Assembly (NCBI GenBank): GCA_951406725.2
Contig: OX597831.1
Location: 22,878,001-22,942,000, forward strand
Direction of reading: 5' to 3'
Length of the DNA stretch: 64,000 bases
Source: Octopus vulgaris
Taxonomy: Eukaryota
Positions 1-14,430 of the stretch are shown here, piece by piece. The notes beneath the pieces were generated by a model, which was not told the origin of the DNA, ran no database searches, and worked only from the letters and a program-made list of their open reading frames with translations. Both the position numbers and the translations under genes were made by a program. The first letter of the stretch is position 1. Each line of letters opens with the position of its first letter.

Positions 1-385
1 CTTTCAAGTTTGCTTACCAACCACGTGGTTCTGGGTTCAGTTCCATTGCATGGCACCTTGGGCAAGTGTTTTCTACTATAACCTCAGGTTGACCAAAGCT
101 TTGTGAGTGGATTTGGTAGACAGAGACTGAAAGAAGCCTGTTGTGTGTGTGTATGTATGACTTTGAGCTTGTGTTTGTCCCTCCACCCCCCCACTTGACA
201 ACTGGTGCTGGTTTGTTTATACTCCCATAACTGAGTGGTTTAGCAAAAGAGACTGAGACAATAAGTACCAGACTTTCAAAAATAATATTGCTGTAGAGTC
301 GTCAATCGTTTTGATTGATAAATTCTTCAAATTGGTGCTCCAGCATGACCACATTCTAATGACCGAAACGAGCAGAAGGTAAAAT
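1..385 (+). mobile_element. tRNA-derived SINE family A, diverged copy, 5' end cut by window edge
   Basis: B-box GGTTCAGTTCC, CCTTGGGCAAGTG core, GGTGCTCCAGCATG tail; matches copies at 2960, 4228 and 19519. Confidence 0.8.
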
Positions 386-813
386 AAAAAATAAAAATAA
401 AAGATACCATTGATCCCAAGTATTTGGCTGGTGCATTGCGTATGAACCCCAGAAGGACGAAACGCAAATGTTAGACCTTGCTGAGATTTGAACCCATCAC
501 ATAAAAAACCAAAAAAGACATACTCACAGGCATTTTCTTTGATGTTTCAATGTTTCAGGCAATCTACTGCCTAACAACAACAACAACAACAACAACAACA
601 GCAGCAATAAAAATAAATATCATTTTTATTATTATTATTAATATCCATTCCTTTTCATTTTTATTTGTATTTTTAAACAAATGCTTTCGAAATTATCAAA
701 GGAAACATGCAAGCCGGCAGAAAAGATTGTGCAAAATTCAGATATGTTATATACACACACATATACACACACACGTTATATAGACGTTTTGTTGTAGCTT
801 TTTGGCTGGTTTT

Positions 814-1038
<225 letters not shown>

Positions 1039-2144
1039 CTGTTAGCTATTACTGCAGCTATATCGGTCAGACGAAACACTAATGGATTATAAAAGACTGG
1101 AGGAGGATTCTCAGTGCATGCAGACATAGACACATACACACACACACATATATATATACAAACATACACATATACTCACCCGCATACACACACACACACA
1201 CACATACACACACGCATATGCGGACATATGCATATTACGCACACGCATTCATGCGTATGCACATACACACTCACTCATACATATACATGTACACATTCAG
1301 AGACATACACACACACACACAGTCACGCGCAAAGAAACGCCCACACAACACACTTAATACCTGTATGCACGTATGTGTATGCAGCATGTATGTATGTATA
1401 TGCATGTATGTATATGTGTGTATGTATACATATATGTATATTTATGCATATATATGTATATATATATATATATGTGTGTATATATATATGTGTGTGTGTG
1501 TATATATATGTATATACATGTGTATGTATATATATATGTGTATATGTATATATATATATATATATATGTATATATGTAAATATATATGTATATATAGATG
1601 TATATATGTATATATATATGTATATGTATATATAATTTTGGAAATATGCACAAAGTTATAACTAGGTGGATATATCTGTGTGTGTGTGTATATATATGTG
1701 TGTGTGTCTGTGTGTGTGTGTATACACACACCCTTACACACATACATGCATATTCATACACACACACACACAGACGCACACATTTATATAATGTGTATGG
1801 ACATATAAATACACACATATAAAACATACTCTGATGCATTATTAGAAACTATAAACACAAAATTACACACACACACTCACACACACACACACACATACAC
1901 ACACACACAAAAGCATGAAAAAGATCTAAAAAGGAATACATATTTTAATGTTTGTTATACGTGTGAAAGAGATTCACTGGATGTACGTGACTGAAGCATC
2001 TTCCGTTTATGACTGTCAGTATGTCTGTCAGTATGTCTGTCTGATTGTCTGTTTATCTGTCTAATCTTATGTATGTTTGCATGTGTGTATGTATGTACAT
2101 ATGAGTGCATGTATGTATTTTTGTACACATACATGTGTATATGG

Positions 2145-2695
2145 ATATCTATCTATATATCTGTTTGTCTATCAATCTATCTATCTGAGTTTCTATCTAT
2201 CTATCTATCTATCTATCTGCCTGTCTGTGTATCAATCTATATGTCTGTCTGTCTGTCTATCTATCTGTCTGTCTGTGTGTCTATCAATCTATTTATATGC
2301 CTATCTGTCTGTCTATCTATCTGTCTGTTTGTCTTTCTATCAATCTATTTATATGCCTATCTGTCTGTCTATCTATCTGTCTGTCTGTCTATCTATCTGT
2401 CTGTCTGTCTATCAATCTATTTATATGCCTATCTGTCTTTTTATCTATCTGTCTGTCTGTCTATCAATCTATCTATATGTCTGTCTGTCTATCTGTCTAT
2501 CAATCTATTTATATGCCTATCTGTCTTTCTATCTGTCTGTCTGTCTATCAATCTATCTATATGTTTGTCTGTCTATCTGTCTGTCTGTCTATCAATCTAT
2601 TTATATGCCTATCTGTCTGTCTGTCTATCTGTTAGTCTGTCTCTTTGTCTGTCTGCCTATCAATCTATCTATGTGTCTGTCTGTCTATCTGTCTA
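2145..2695. repeat. Compound (TCTA)/(TCTG) tetranucleotide array with recurring CAATCTATTTATATGCC interruption
   Basis: Directly visible; explains the low-complexity ORFs at 2073-3213. Confidence 0.9.
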
Positions 2696-2739
2696 TATAT
2701 ATATTAGTAACTATAAACACAAAATTATACATTCACGAT

Positions 2740-2921
2740 GATAGATCACTAGTCACTAAACCTTTATCTATTTTCTCTCCCTGTTTATTTCTGTGTTCCT
2801 TTCTGTCGAAGAGCTTAGGCTCGAAATGTAAAAGACTCTCTCCCCTCTCAAGCATTAAACTAATACATCTGTTTGTTGCTTACACACCCATCTTCATCTT
2901 TTTTTTTTATTTTGTAAATTC

Positions 2922-2927
<6 letters not shown>
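2740..2927 (+). mobile_element. Short PLE-like terminal repeat fragment with degenerate minimal hammerhead
   Basis: CTTT-CTGTCGA-A-GAGC-ttag-GCTC-GAA-ATGT-A-AAAG; related copies at about 22270-22382 and 40720-40860. Confidence 0.55.
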
Positions 2928-2959
<32 letters not shown>

Positions 2960-2961
<2 letters not shown>

Positions 2962-3124
2962 CACAGGAGTGGCTGTGTGGTAAGTAGCTTGCTAACCAAC
3001 CACATGGTTCTGGGTTCAGTCCCACTGCGTGGCATCTTGGGCAAGTGTCTTCTGCTATATCCCCGGGCCGACCAATGCCTTGTGAGTGGATTTGGTAGAT
3101 GGAAACTGAAAGAAGCCTGTCGTA

Positions 3125-3187
<63 letters not shown>

Positions 3188-3371
3188 TTGTGTGTCTGTG
3201 TTTGTCCCCCTAGCATTGCCTGACAACCGATGCTGGTGTGTTTATGTCCCCGTCACTTAGCGGTTCGGCAAAAGAGACCAATAGAATAAGTACTGGGCTT
3301 ACAAAGAATAAGTTCCGGGGTCGATTTGCTCCAGCATGGCCGCAGTCAAATGACTGAAACAAGTAAAAGAG
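2960..3371 (+). mobile_element. SINE family A, near full length
   Basis: A-box TGGCTGTGTGG, B-box GGTTCAGTCCC, internal (TA)n(TG)n tract, 3' GAAACAAGTAAAAGAG. Confidence 0.9.
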
Positions 3372-4227
3372 TATATGTAAATATATATGCATGGATGTAT
3401 ACTTGTCTGTCAGTGTATGTATCTAAACATATACATATGCTAGTATGTGTTTCTATGTATGGATACGTGTATGCATATATGTCTGTGTATATATGCAAAT
3501 ATATATGCATATATGATTATGTATATTAAGCTGTGGAAGATACCTTGTCATTCAGAATATTGCAAATGAAAAAAAGTGTAGAGGGCATGTGACTATAAAA
3601 TTGTATTACTCTATGTATGTATGTATGTATGTATGTGTGTGTATGTGTAAAAAATATGCATATTTGCATAAATACATACACATACACACACATACATTTG
3701 AATATGTATGCATGTGTATGTGCTTATATCTGTGTGTTTACATACACAAATTTATGTACTTAACAACAAAAAAATATATATGTAAAATTTGGGGCCAATT
3801 TGGTTTCATCTTTCTGGAATCTTGAACAGGAACTGCTCCAATAATTACAGGGAGACTGCAAAATTATATTCCATACATGAGATTCTTCAATTTATAAAAA
3901 TTCTAAAAATTTTCTGACAGAATGAAGATCCATTTCCATCAATATAGACAAGGTGTTCAAGTTGTGTTTTATGCAGGATTCTCTTGAGAAAAAATGGTTA
4001 ATGAGAGTAATGGAATCTCTTAGAGTCTTGAAATGATGATAGTGATATAGAACACTACATAAACATATGATAATAGTGTGTGTGTGTGTGTATATATATA
4101 TGCATATATATGTGTATATATATGCGTATATATATGTGTGTGTGTGTATATATATGTGTATATATATATGTGTGTATATATATATATGTGTATATGTATA
4201 TGTGTATATATATGTGTATATATGTAT

Positions 4228-4636
4228 GCGCAGGAGTGGCTGTGTGGTAAGTAGCTTGCTAAACAACCACATGGTTCTGGGTTCAGTCCCACTGCGTGGC
4301 ATCTTGGGCAAGTGTCTTCTGCTATAGCCCCGGGCCGACCAATGCCTTGTGAGTGGATTTGGTAGACGGAAACTGTAAGAAGCCTGTCATATATATGTAT
4401 ATATATGTATGTGTGTGTGTTTGTGTGTCTGTGTTTGTCCCCCTAGCATTGCTTGACAACCGATGCTGGTGTGTTTACGTCCCCGTCACATAGCGGTTCG
4501 GCAAAAGAGACTGATAGAATAAGTACTGGGCTTACAAAGAATAAGTCCCGGGGTCGATTTGCTCAACTAAAGGTGGTGCTCCAGCATGGCCGCAATCAAA
4601 TGACTGAAACAAGTAAAAGAGTAAAAGAGTAAAGAG
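4228..4636 (+). mobile_element. SINE family A, full length
   Basis: Same head, core and tail; ends in (GTAAAAGA)n. Confidence 0.9.
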
Positions 4637-4726
4637 TGTGTATACATATATGTGTGTGTGCATGTATGAATGCTGATATATGAGTGTGAGTGTGTGTGTG
4701 TGTATGTGTGTGTGTGTGTGTGTGTA

Positions 4727-4925
4727 TTCTTTTATTCTTTTGGACAATAGACTGTGGCCATGCTGGCGCACTGCCTTTAGTCGAACACATTGACCACAAG
4801 ACTCATTCTATGTAAGCCTAGTACTTATTCTGTTGGTTTCTTTGGCCAAACCACTAAGTTATGGGGATGTAAACACACCAACATTGCTTGTCAAGTGATG
4901 GTAGGGGGACAAACACAGACACACA
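4727..4925 (-). mobile_element. SINE family A, 3' half, tail-to-tail with the preceding copy
   Basis: Reverse complement of the family A tail. Confidence 0.8.
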
Positions 4926-5216
4926 GGCACACACACATACATGTATGTTTACTATGAACTTTTAATTTTAATTTATATAAGTAGCAGAATTATAACACAG
5001 TAATTTCCCTTTATATAACGGTATTATTTCATAGCGTTTTTCAGATGGCCAGATAAACAAAGAGATGGTGTTGTGGATTTCCACTTCAGCATCTGAAACT
5101 CAGAGTTTTATCCTGACTATTGAGTAAATGTAACATATTATTTTATAGATAAATTTCCTCTATTTACATAATATTGAGGTCTCTTTCTTTCTTTTGTTAT
5201 CTTACCGTTTTTACCA

Positions 5217-5470
<254 letters not shown>

Positions 5471-5471
5471 T

Positions 5472-5700
5472 CTTATTTCTTTACTGCCCACAAGGGGCTA
5501 CACACAGAGAGGACAAACAAGGACAGACAAATGGATTAAGTCGATTATATCAATCCCAGTGCATAACTGGTACTTATTTAATCGATCCCGAAAGGATGAA
5601 AGACAAAGTCGACCTCGGCAGAATTTGAACTTGGAACATAGCGGCAGACAAAATAGACCAAAGTATTTCGCCTGGTGTGCTAACGATTCTGCCAGCTCAC
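5472..5700 (-). mobile_element. SINE family B
   Basis: Reverse complement of GAGCTGGCAGAATCGTTAG...GAGGTCGACTTTG.CTTTCATCCTTTCGGG.TCGAT...AAGTACCAG; matches 34698-34930. Confidence 0.85.
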
Positions 5701-6859
5701 TTTGTACTGCACAGACTTGCCAGGGCTCTCTCCAGTTCCTTGCCTGGGGCTATTGCAGAAGACTCTTGCACAAGATGACAAGCAGTGGAACTGAACCCAA
5801 GACCACATGGCTGGGAAACAAGCTTTGCAACCACCCTTTCATGCCTCTGCCTATATACATATATGGAGGTGGTAGCTATATTTACTATAGAGGTGGTCTA
5901 CCCTTGGACAGGTTCTGTGCATGTGGGTCTTCTCCAGCACTCTCTATGTGACTCAGAAGGGCCCACATCCTCCCCTACCAATGTTAATTAGACTACTGGA
6001 ACTTCAGCTACCACGACTAGACTTGGAATAAATGCTGGAGTATTTTACTGCTTCTTGGGGCAAATGGTATTTGAACTCACAATGTAGAGATCCAGAAGAT
6101 ATACCGTAAAGTGTTTCTGCTGATGTGCCAATGACTCTGCCTCTCTCTCTCTCTCTAAACCACAGAGTAATGTAAACTGAAGTGTTTTGCTCAAGAACAC
6201 AACACACCACCCAGTCCATGAATTGAACTTACAGTCAAGTGATCCTGACCTTAACCACTAGGCCATGCATTTTCACAAATATGTAGTGCAGCAAATTTCT
6301 TTGGATGTCTGTATTTTAAACATTGTAGATTAAGATTCTACAAAAGGCAAAAAGAACTTTGGGTTGGTTATAACATGTTTTTGGTGACTTCTTTTTTTTT
6401 CCGCTATTGTAATTTTTCAGTTTTGATTTCTTTCGAAAATTTCTTTAGATTTGTGTTTTAAACATCTGAGATAATAATTCTTCAAAAGTATGCGTAACTT
6501 TATGAAGCATAATTCTGCGAAAATGTCAGAACTGAATGGTTATGGAAAGTGTGTTTGTATGAGTGTGTGTGTGTGTGTGGGGGGGGGGAGGCAGGGTAAA
6601 GGGCCATCATCCCTCCCCGCTTTCCAATTTTCTTTTACAGAATTGTAACCTACGATGCTTAGAACATACACTTCAAAAGGAATTACTATTTTTTGCCTTC
6701 CTACGTAATTTCTGCCTTTATTCTGAAGGAACACCTCTATAAGCACAAATGTTATATACACACACATGCTGTATGTATGTATATGTATGCATGCATGTAT
6801 ATGTATGTGAGTGTGTGTGTATGTATGTATGAATGTGCGTATATATATGTATGTATGAA

Positions 6860-6896
<37 letters not shown>

Positions 6897-6977
6897 GTAT
6901 GAATGCTCGTGTATATGTATGTATGAATGCTCGTGTATATGTATGTATGAATGCTTGTGAATATGTATGTATGAATG

Positions 6978-7017
<40 letters not shown>

Positions 7018-7299
7018 AATGCGTGTGCATATATATATATATATGTATGAATGTGTGTGTATATATATATATGCACATATTCATATATGGATACACACAC
7101 ACATTTATGTATTATTTTCCTCTTCTTCCCCCTCCGCCTCTTCTATCTCCTCTCCTTCATCATCATCATCATTTTAATATGCACTTTTTCAAAACTTGCA
7201 TGAGGCAGATAAAAATTCATTGAACAAAGTGATGCAAGAAGAAATAGAGATTTAAATCATCAACAAGTTTATAAATGAAACATGTATATATGTGTGTAA

Positions 7300-7448
7300 C
7301 ATCATCATCATCCTCATCATTTAATGTCCATTTTCCATGCTGTCATGGGTTGGACGGTGTGATTGAACCTGGTAAGCCAGAGTGCTGCACTAGACACCAG
7401 TCTTATTTGGCCTGGATTCTGTAGATGGATGCCCTTTCTAACATCAAC
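7300..7448 (-). mobile_element. RTE LINE 3' terminus fragment
   Basis: (CAT)n tail plus TTTCCATGCTG...GGTTGGACGG and GGATGCCC, as at 24965-25140. Confidence 0.7.
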
Positions 7449-7516
7449 TATATATATATATATGTATGCACACACACATGTATATGCATACATGTATACA
7501 TATATGTGTGTGCATG

Positions 7517-7547
<31 letters not shown>

Positions 7548-8059
7548 GCACATATACATATCTATACATGTATAAAATTAATATAAATAGCAGTTTGCAA
7601 TATTTTACCAGAAAGGAGAATTGTTGTTGACAGTAAACGTGATGAGGATTTTAGAAACACCTACATTGCTAGAAATAAGAGCTAAAATGCTTTAATGCTG
7701 TAGTCAATGTAAATAAATGTAAACATATACACTAAAAGGGACCTTAATCATCTAAAAATGTTGATTGAAAATTGTAGCTCTTTATTTCTAGTAATGTAAC
7801 ACTCTAGTCACATTTAGTGACAATTATATATATATATATATATATCATGTATATAGAATATGAGGGGTTTAATTCACTAGTGAGCTAAATGCATTAATCA
7901 ATGCTGATTAAGTGCTATAATTGGTCATCCATTAGGTTCCAAGTACACACCTGATGCTGGAGCTAAGGATCCATATCAGGCTTCCAAGTTACCAGATATG
8001 ATTTTTGTTGTCCTTTTTACTCTAATACAATACATATATATATATATATATATATACAT

Positions 8060-8218
8060 ACGATGGTCTTCTTTCAGTTTCCATCTATCAAATCCACTCA
8101 CAAGGTTTTGGTCGGCCCGAGGCTATACTAGAAGACAGTTGTCCAAGGTGCCACACAGTAGGACTGAACCTGGAACCATGTGGTTGGTAAGCAAGCTACT
8201 TACCACACAGCCACTCCT
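8060..8218 (-). mobile_element. SINE family A, 5' half
   Basis: Reverse complement of head/core. Confidence 0.85.
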
Positions 8219-8520
8219 GATTTTATTCAACATATTCCTCTTTAAGATTCACATGCTCATTGCAATGGTCCTTCAGTTTTCCTAAGCCCTGTAAAAAATT
8301 GGAAAGTTCGGGCCTCCAACTGGGCCTTTTGTGAGACCCTTCAAACCAGGAACTTTTCAGCACCCCCTCGTGTGAGGGCACGCTGAAAAGTTCCTGCTTT
8401 TGGGTAAAAGAAGATACAGGTGGATCAGTTAGTTATGATTTTATTCAACATATTTCCCTCTCAGATTCACACACTTATTTGCAGTGGTCCTTCAGGTTTC
8501 CTATGCCCTGTAAAAGAACT
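8219..8520. mobile_element. Two tandem remnants of a mariner-type MITE with abutting TIRs
   Basis: CAGGAACTTTTCAGCACCCCCTCG / TGAGGGCACGCTGAAAAGTTCCTG at 8347-8396 (mariner-like CGAGGG..GAAAAGT termini); internal direct repeat 8219-8296 vs 8437-8516. Confidence 0.6.
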
Positions 8521-9487
8521 CAGTAGGTGGAACCTATAATCAAAAGCATTCCAGCCATGACTATCCCATCTTTTACTTACATACAGTGAACTGTGGATTA
8601 CATTATTCTGTCATCTTTTTCTTTGAAGATGGTAGGATATGAATTGAGGAATATATAGCTGCTATTTCTAACAGATCATCTGATCAGACCAACAACATGT
8701 TCCTTCTTCAGGAGTGAATATAAGCTTGGTATATGATTTATATGCAGTGGGAATTTGGGTAGAAATATCATGTGGTTGTGTACAGTGATGTGTAGAGAGA
8801 TTTTCAAGGTACTTGAGGGTGGGGTATGTGTTTGTTTAGATTGTGTGGAAATGGAACTGGTTGAGTAAAGCTATTAGAGCAACTACAGCAGCAGAGGCAG
8901 CGGCAGCAGCAGAGGCAGCGGTAGCGGCAGCAGTAATGGGAACAACAGCTGCAATGGTGATAATCTCAGCAGATTTGTGTCATTGCATCTTTCTAATTTA
9001 CAGACCAGTGATTGCAGCATCTGTGGAAGGTCTGTGGAGGTGGAGGTGAGGCGAGGGGAGAGAGTAGGGAGGGGGGAGGGTTGGCGTGAGGCAGAATTTA
9101 AGGAGGGAAGAGGAGGAGGAGGGACTGTTGTAGGAAGTGGGGTGGGGAGTGAGAGAGAGAGAGAGACAAGAAACTGGTGTAGGAGGTGAGAGAGAGAGAG
9201 AGAGAGAGAAGGAAGAACCTTCTGGACTCAGCAGGTGGACTCAGCAGGATAGACAGGTAGATAAAGAGAGAGAGAGGTGGGAAAGAGAGAGAGAGAGGGG
9301 GGAGAAGGAGGAGGGGAAAGAGAGAAGGAACTGGTGTAGACGAGTGGTGGAAGAGAGAGAGGAGAGAGACAGAGAGAGGGAAAGAGAAAGAAGAATCTCT
9401 TCTGGACACAACAGATGAAGATAGAGGGAGAAAGAGAGAGAGAAAGACAGAAAGAGAGAGTGAGGGAGAGGGGTGGAGAGAGGTGTC

Positions 9488-9521
<34 letters not shown>

Positions 9522-9823
9522 TGAGAGAGAGAGAGAGATGGAGAATGTTGCAGACAGAGAAGGTGAAAGTTTGAGAAAATAGATGGAGAAAGACAGACAG
9601 GCAGGTGGAAGAAAGGGGGAGAGGGGTAGAGAGACCTTATTATGTTTGTCTTTCTTTTTTCATGTCAGCATGGGTTAGATGAATACATATTGCCAAAACA
9701 TTGTCTAACAGCAGGATGAACATTCTCTTGCTAACCTTCTTACCTGTTTTGCAAAGGAAGAATCGAAGATCAGAATATATAGAACCATTTTGCAGACCGC
9801 ATTTCTGCATGGCTCTGAGTAAT

Positions 9824-10075
9824 GGAGGCATGTGGCTTAGTGGTTAGAGTATTGGACTCATGGTCGTAAGATTATGGTTTCGATTCCTGGATCGGGCGAT
9901 GCATTGTGTTCTTGAGCAAAACACTTCATTTCATGTTGCTCCAGTCCACTCAGCTGGCAAAAATGAGTAACCCTATGAAGGACCAGGGTCCTGTCAAGGT
10001 GGGGGATATATGGGGCATGGAAACCGGGAGATCAGGCTTTATGTGTCAACATAACTCACAAAGGTAACATTACCT
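9824..10075 (+). mobile_element. tRNA-derived SINE: family C head/core with a distinct tail
   Basis: TGGCTTAGTGG A-box, GTTTCGATTCC B-box, CTTGAGCAAAACACTT...CACTCAGCTG core. Confidence 0.75.
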
Positions 10076-10173
10076 TTTTCTCTTTATGGCCCTGAGTCAT
10101 GGGTTACCTACTGTCACCTTTGAGCAATACCATCAGTTCTGTCTCCACATCATTTTCAACATCTAGAATAAAA

Positions 10174-10416
10174 TTGTTCTTGACTATTTCTGGTTTAGCT
10201 TTGGACTCAGAAAGCTTATGAAATATTCTTTTGCCTTCCAGAGAAGGTTGTTCTCTTAATTTATTTTATGAAGAGGGAAAATTGTAAATTTTCCTTGTGC
10301 ATAGGTGTCCAGATCTTCATAAAATAAATGAAGGGAACAACCTTCTCTGGAAGGCAAAAGAAGAATGTTTCATAAGCTTTCTGAGTCTGAAGCTAAACCA
10401 GAAATAGTCAACAACA
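10174..10416. repeat. Fold-back element: about 100-bp inverted arms, about 40-bp spacer
   Basis: 10174-10274 is the reverse complement of 10314-10416 with few mismatches. Confidence 0.9.
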
Positions 10417-10531
10417 AATTGACTGAAAATAACTTCCACTCTATATAATAACACGGGCTTGAAAACATTATGAGCTGAAACCGCTCACATATCTATAAAA
10501 GCAAAGCCCATACACATTTTGTTTTCTCAAT

Positions 10532-10929
10532 CTTTTATCTTTTGCTTGCTTCAGTCATTTGACTGCAGCCATGCTGGAGCACTGCCTTTAGTTGAGCAAA
10601 TCGCCCCCAAGACTTATTCTTTGGAAGCCTAGTACTTATTCTATCGGTACTTTTGCTGAACGGCTAAGTTACAGGGACGTAAACACACCAGCATCGGTTG
10701 TCAGGGGATGTTGTGGGGACAAACACAGACACACGAACATATACACGCACACACATAAATACATATATACGACGGGCTTCTTTCAGTTTCTGTCAACCAA
10801 ATCCACTCACAAGGCTTTGGTCAGCCCGAGGCTATAGTAGAAGACAGTTGCCCAAGGTGCCACGCAGTGGGAATAAACCCGGAACCATGTGGGAGGTAAG
10901 CAAGCTACTTACCACACAGCCACTCCTGT
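10532..10929 (-). mobile_element. SINE family A, full length
   Basis: Reverse-complement match across head, core and tail. Confidence 0.9.
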
Positions 10930-10953
10930 ACTTGAGAAAAAAAATCCTTTCTT

Positions 10954-11002
<49 letters not shown>

Positions 11003-11008
11003 GTGTGT

Positions 11009-11383
11009 GGAGGTGCAATGGCCCAGTGGTTAGGGAAGCAGTCATAGGATCATGGTTTCAATTCCCAGACTGGGTGTTGTGAGTGTTTATTGAGCAAAAA
11101 CACCTGAACCTCCATGAGGCTCTGGCAGGGGGTGGCTGGTGAACCCTGCTTTATTCTTTCACCACAACTTTCTTTCACTCTTTTTTCCTGCTTCTCTTGT
11201 ACCTGTATTTCAAAGGGGGCCGACCTTGTCACACTCTGTGTCATGCTGAATCTCCTTGAGAACTACATTAAGGGTACACATGTCTCTGGAGTGCTCAGCT
11301 ACTTGCACATTAATTTCACGAGCAGGCTGTTCCGTTGATCAGATCAAATGGAACCCTCGTTGTTGTAACCGATGGAGTGCCAC
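11009..11383 (+). mobile_element. tRNA-derived SINE family D
   Basis: TGGCCCAGTGG A-box, GTTTCAATTCC B-box; highly similar to 53167-53548. Confidence 0.85.
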
Positions 11384-11388
11384 AATAC

Positions 11389-11420
<32 letters not shown>

Positions 11421-11709
11421 GTATATGTATAGATAGACATGTATCGAACTGTAGAAGCCATCACCATGTTTCCACATGTGGTTGCTCAAATGATATATTT
11501 ATATATGGAGCTTTCAAAGGATGAAATCCTTGCCCGTCTCTGCAATGTCGGTGTCTCATATTAGAAATAATATTCTTGGATCTCATTGATTACATTTTTT
11601 TTTTAATCCCTACCTCATTTTGCACGATGTATCTGCCTCTTCATCTCCATCACGTCAATGATCTTATAATGTTATTAGCATCCTCAGTGCCAAAAGCAGC
11701 ACTGATTCG

Positions 11710-12160
11710 CATCACCACTACCATCAACCACACTACCATCAACACCACTATCTCTGCTACCATCCTATGGCGCCAGCATAACCAAATCGGCATCATCCTC
11801 ATCATCCTCATCACCATTACCATCACTGTCATCATCATCATCATCATCAATGTTGTCATCATCATCGTCATTGTCATCATCATTACGCCCCGCTGCTAAT
11901 ACCACTGCCACCACTACCACCACCATCATATCTATCATCGTCATCATTCTTATTATCATCATCATCATCATCACCGACACCACATTCATCCTCATCATCT
12001 TCATCATCACCAACAACACCACCACTGCCACCACCACCACCAACAACAACAATACCACTATCACAACCACCACTACGACCACCACCAACAACAACAGTAC
12101 TACCATCACCGCCATGACAGCTGCCACTATATTCATCCTCATCATATTCATCCTCATTTT
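11710..12160. repeat. Degenerate (CAT)/(CAC)/(CAA) trinucleotide tract
   Basis: Directly visible. Confidence 0.85.
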
Positions 12161-12554
12161 CATTTGTTTCCTCAACAAAATTTTCTGTTTATTATTTAAA
12201 AATAGAGAGGGAAAAAAAATTAGAGAAACACGAAACAGAATCTGTTGTACGTCTTTTATTTTTTGTTCTACATTTCATTTAGTTGTTGTTTGGATGACTT
12301 CATTATGTGTGTGTGTGTGTGTGTGGTTATCTGTACACATGTTTGAATATGTTTATATATGTGTGTGTGTGTGTGTGGGTTGATATTTGTGTATGCAGGT
12401 ATCGATGTATGAGTAATTTCCTGCATGCATCTAAATATGTACATGTGTGTATGTATGCATGTATGTATGCGTATCTATGTGCATATATGAGAATATGTGT
12501 GTGCATACATGATTTTGTGTGTTTGTATGTGTGTGCATATTTATGCATATTTCA

Positions 12555-12629
<75 letters not shown>

Positions 12630-13230
12630 TATACACACACATATCACTACATAACTGTATACTTATATATACATATATAATATAATTACATAACTGTATA
12701 CTTATATATATACATACATGCATACATAAATACATACATATATATATATACACATATATATGTATATACATAAATACATATGTATATATATATATATATA
12801 TACGTATATACATATTTATGAATGGATGTACACAGATACACTCACACATACTTGTGTGTGAACACATACATACACACATACACACAGATGCAAAGCCATT
12901 ATAGATTCCTTTTAGACATTTTTTTTGTTTTTGTTGTTTTTTTTTCATTTAATTTACTCCTCTGTATTACCGAAGGAATCTTCTGGAAAGGTCAAGTGGA
13001 AGAATTTATCACATTTTTCAATAGATTTATTCCATTCCTGAAGTTGTTAACATCCAACATGCTCGCCGCCACTGCAATTCTGTAGTTCCAGGAATATGTT
13101 TTGTAACTGATATTCTCAGCAATGCCTTGAATCGCATTTACCATTCTGACCCGCAAGTCTTCTATAGAACAAGACTGAACTGCTTCAACAACAAGTCTTT
13201 ACATATTTCTATAAAATAAACTTGAAGTAA

Positions 13231-13266
<36 letters not shown>

Positions 13267-13800
13267 TTTTTTTTTTATTTTGCTGTTGTAGTTATTATTA
13301 TTTAAATTAATTAGCAATCATAGTAAATGCTAATGAAATACATGTATGAAGGTTCTAAATTTGTTATTTCACAGATTAATTCTTTCTGAGGTAGAATGAA
13401 AGAAAGATACGAACGAGCATTGAAAATTCAAAATTCAAATTAAAATTTTGTGCGAGAATGTCATGATGACCAGATACGCTTTGACTACAAAACCACACTC
13501 AAGCATGCATACAAACGCATACAAATTGATACACACACACACACACACACATGCATGTATACACACACATATATATATGTAGGTATGCACAAATACATAT
13601 GCGTATGTATACATACATATACACGCACCTTCCATATGTTTCTATATGTATTCACACTCTTTTTAATTCTACTTTGTGATAACTAAAATAGCTCTAAGCT
13701 AATGAATATAATTATGTAATTCTTGTTCTGATGTCATTTACGACTCCCATACAAGCCATACTAAGCATTACAAAAGAGACAAACGAATTGAACAAATGAA

Positions 13801-13835
<35 letters not shown>

Positions 13836-14004
13836 ATACACACACAAGCTCACCTACCTATAAGTCTTTCTGTAAAGTTGCTCAACTGCAAATGAAGCAA
13901 CAGACAATAGCACATAATGTGTTGCATAAAATAATGGAAAAAAAATTCTATAGAGAGAATCAGAATTACTTTCAGGAATGTAACAGCATGTCTACTAATA
14001 ATCT

Positions 14005-14430
14005 ATTCTATTATAGGCACAAGGCCTAAAATTTGGGGGGAGAGCGGGGGGGGGATAGTCGATTATATCGACTCCAGTACTTAACTGGTACTTAATTTAT
14101 CGACCCCGAAAGGATGTAAGGAAATGTCGACCTCGGCAGAATTTGCTGGGTGAAATACCTATTTCTTTACTACCCTCTCTAAACACAGAGAGAACAAAAA
14201 GAACAGACAAACAGATTAAGTCGATTATATTGACCCCAGTGCGTAACTGGTACTTAATTTATCGACCCCGAAAGGATGAAAGGCAAAGTCAACCTCGGCG
14301 GAATTTGAACTCAGAACATAGCGGCAGATGAAATACCACTAAGCATTTCACCCGGCGTGCTAACGTTTCTGCCAGCTCGCCGCTAAGCATTTCATCTAGC
14401 ATGCCAACGATTCTGTCAGCTCATTGCCAA
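14005..14430 (-). mobile_element. SINE family B, tandem partial copies
   Basis: Two copies of TCGACCCCGAAAGGATG..AGG.AA.GTC.ACCTCGGC.GAATTTG. Confidence 0.85.

Noticed and set aside
9640-9831. Minus-strand CAG|GTAAGA site and 63-aa ORF
   Set aside because: Weak tract, no recognisable protein, and the ORF start lies in a SINE head.
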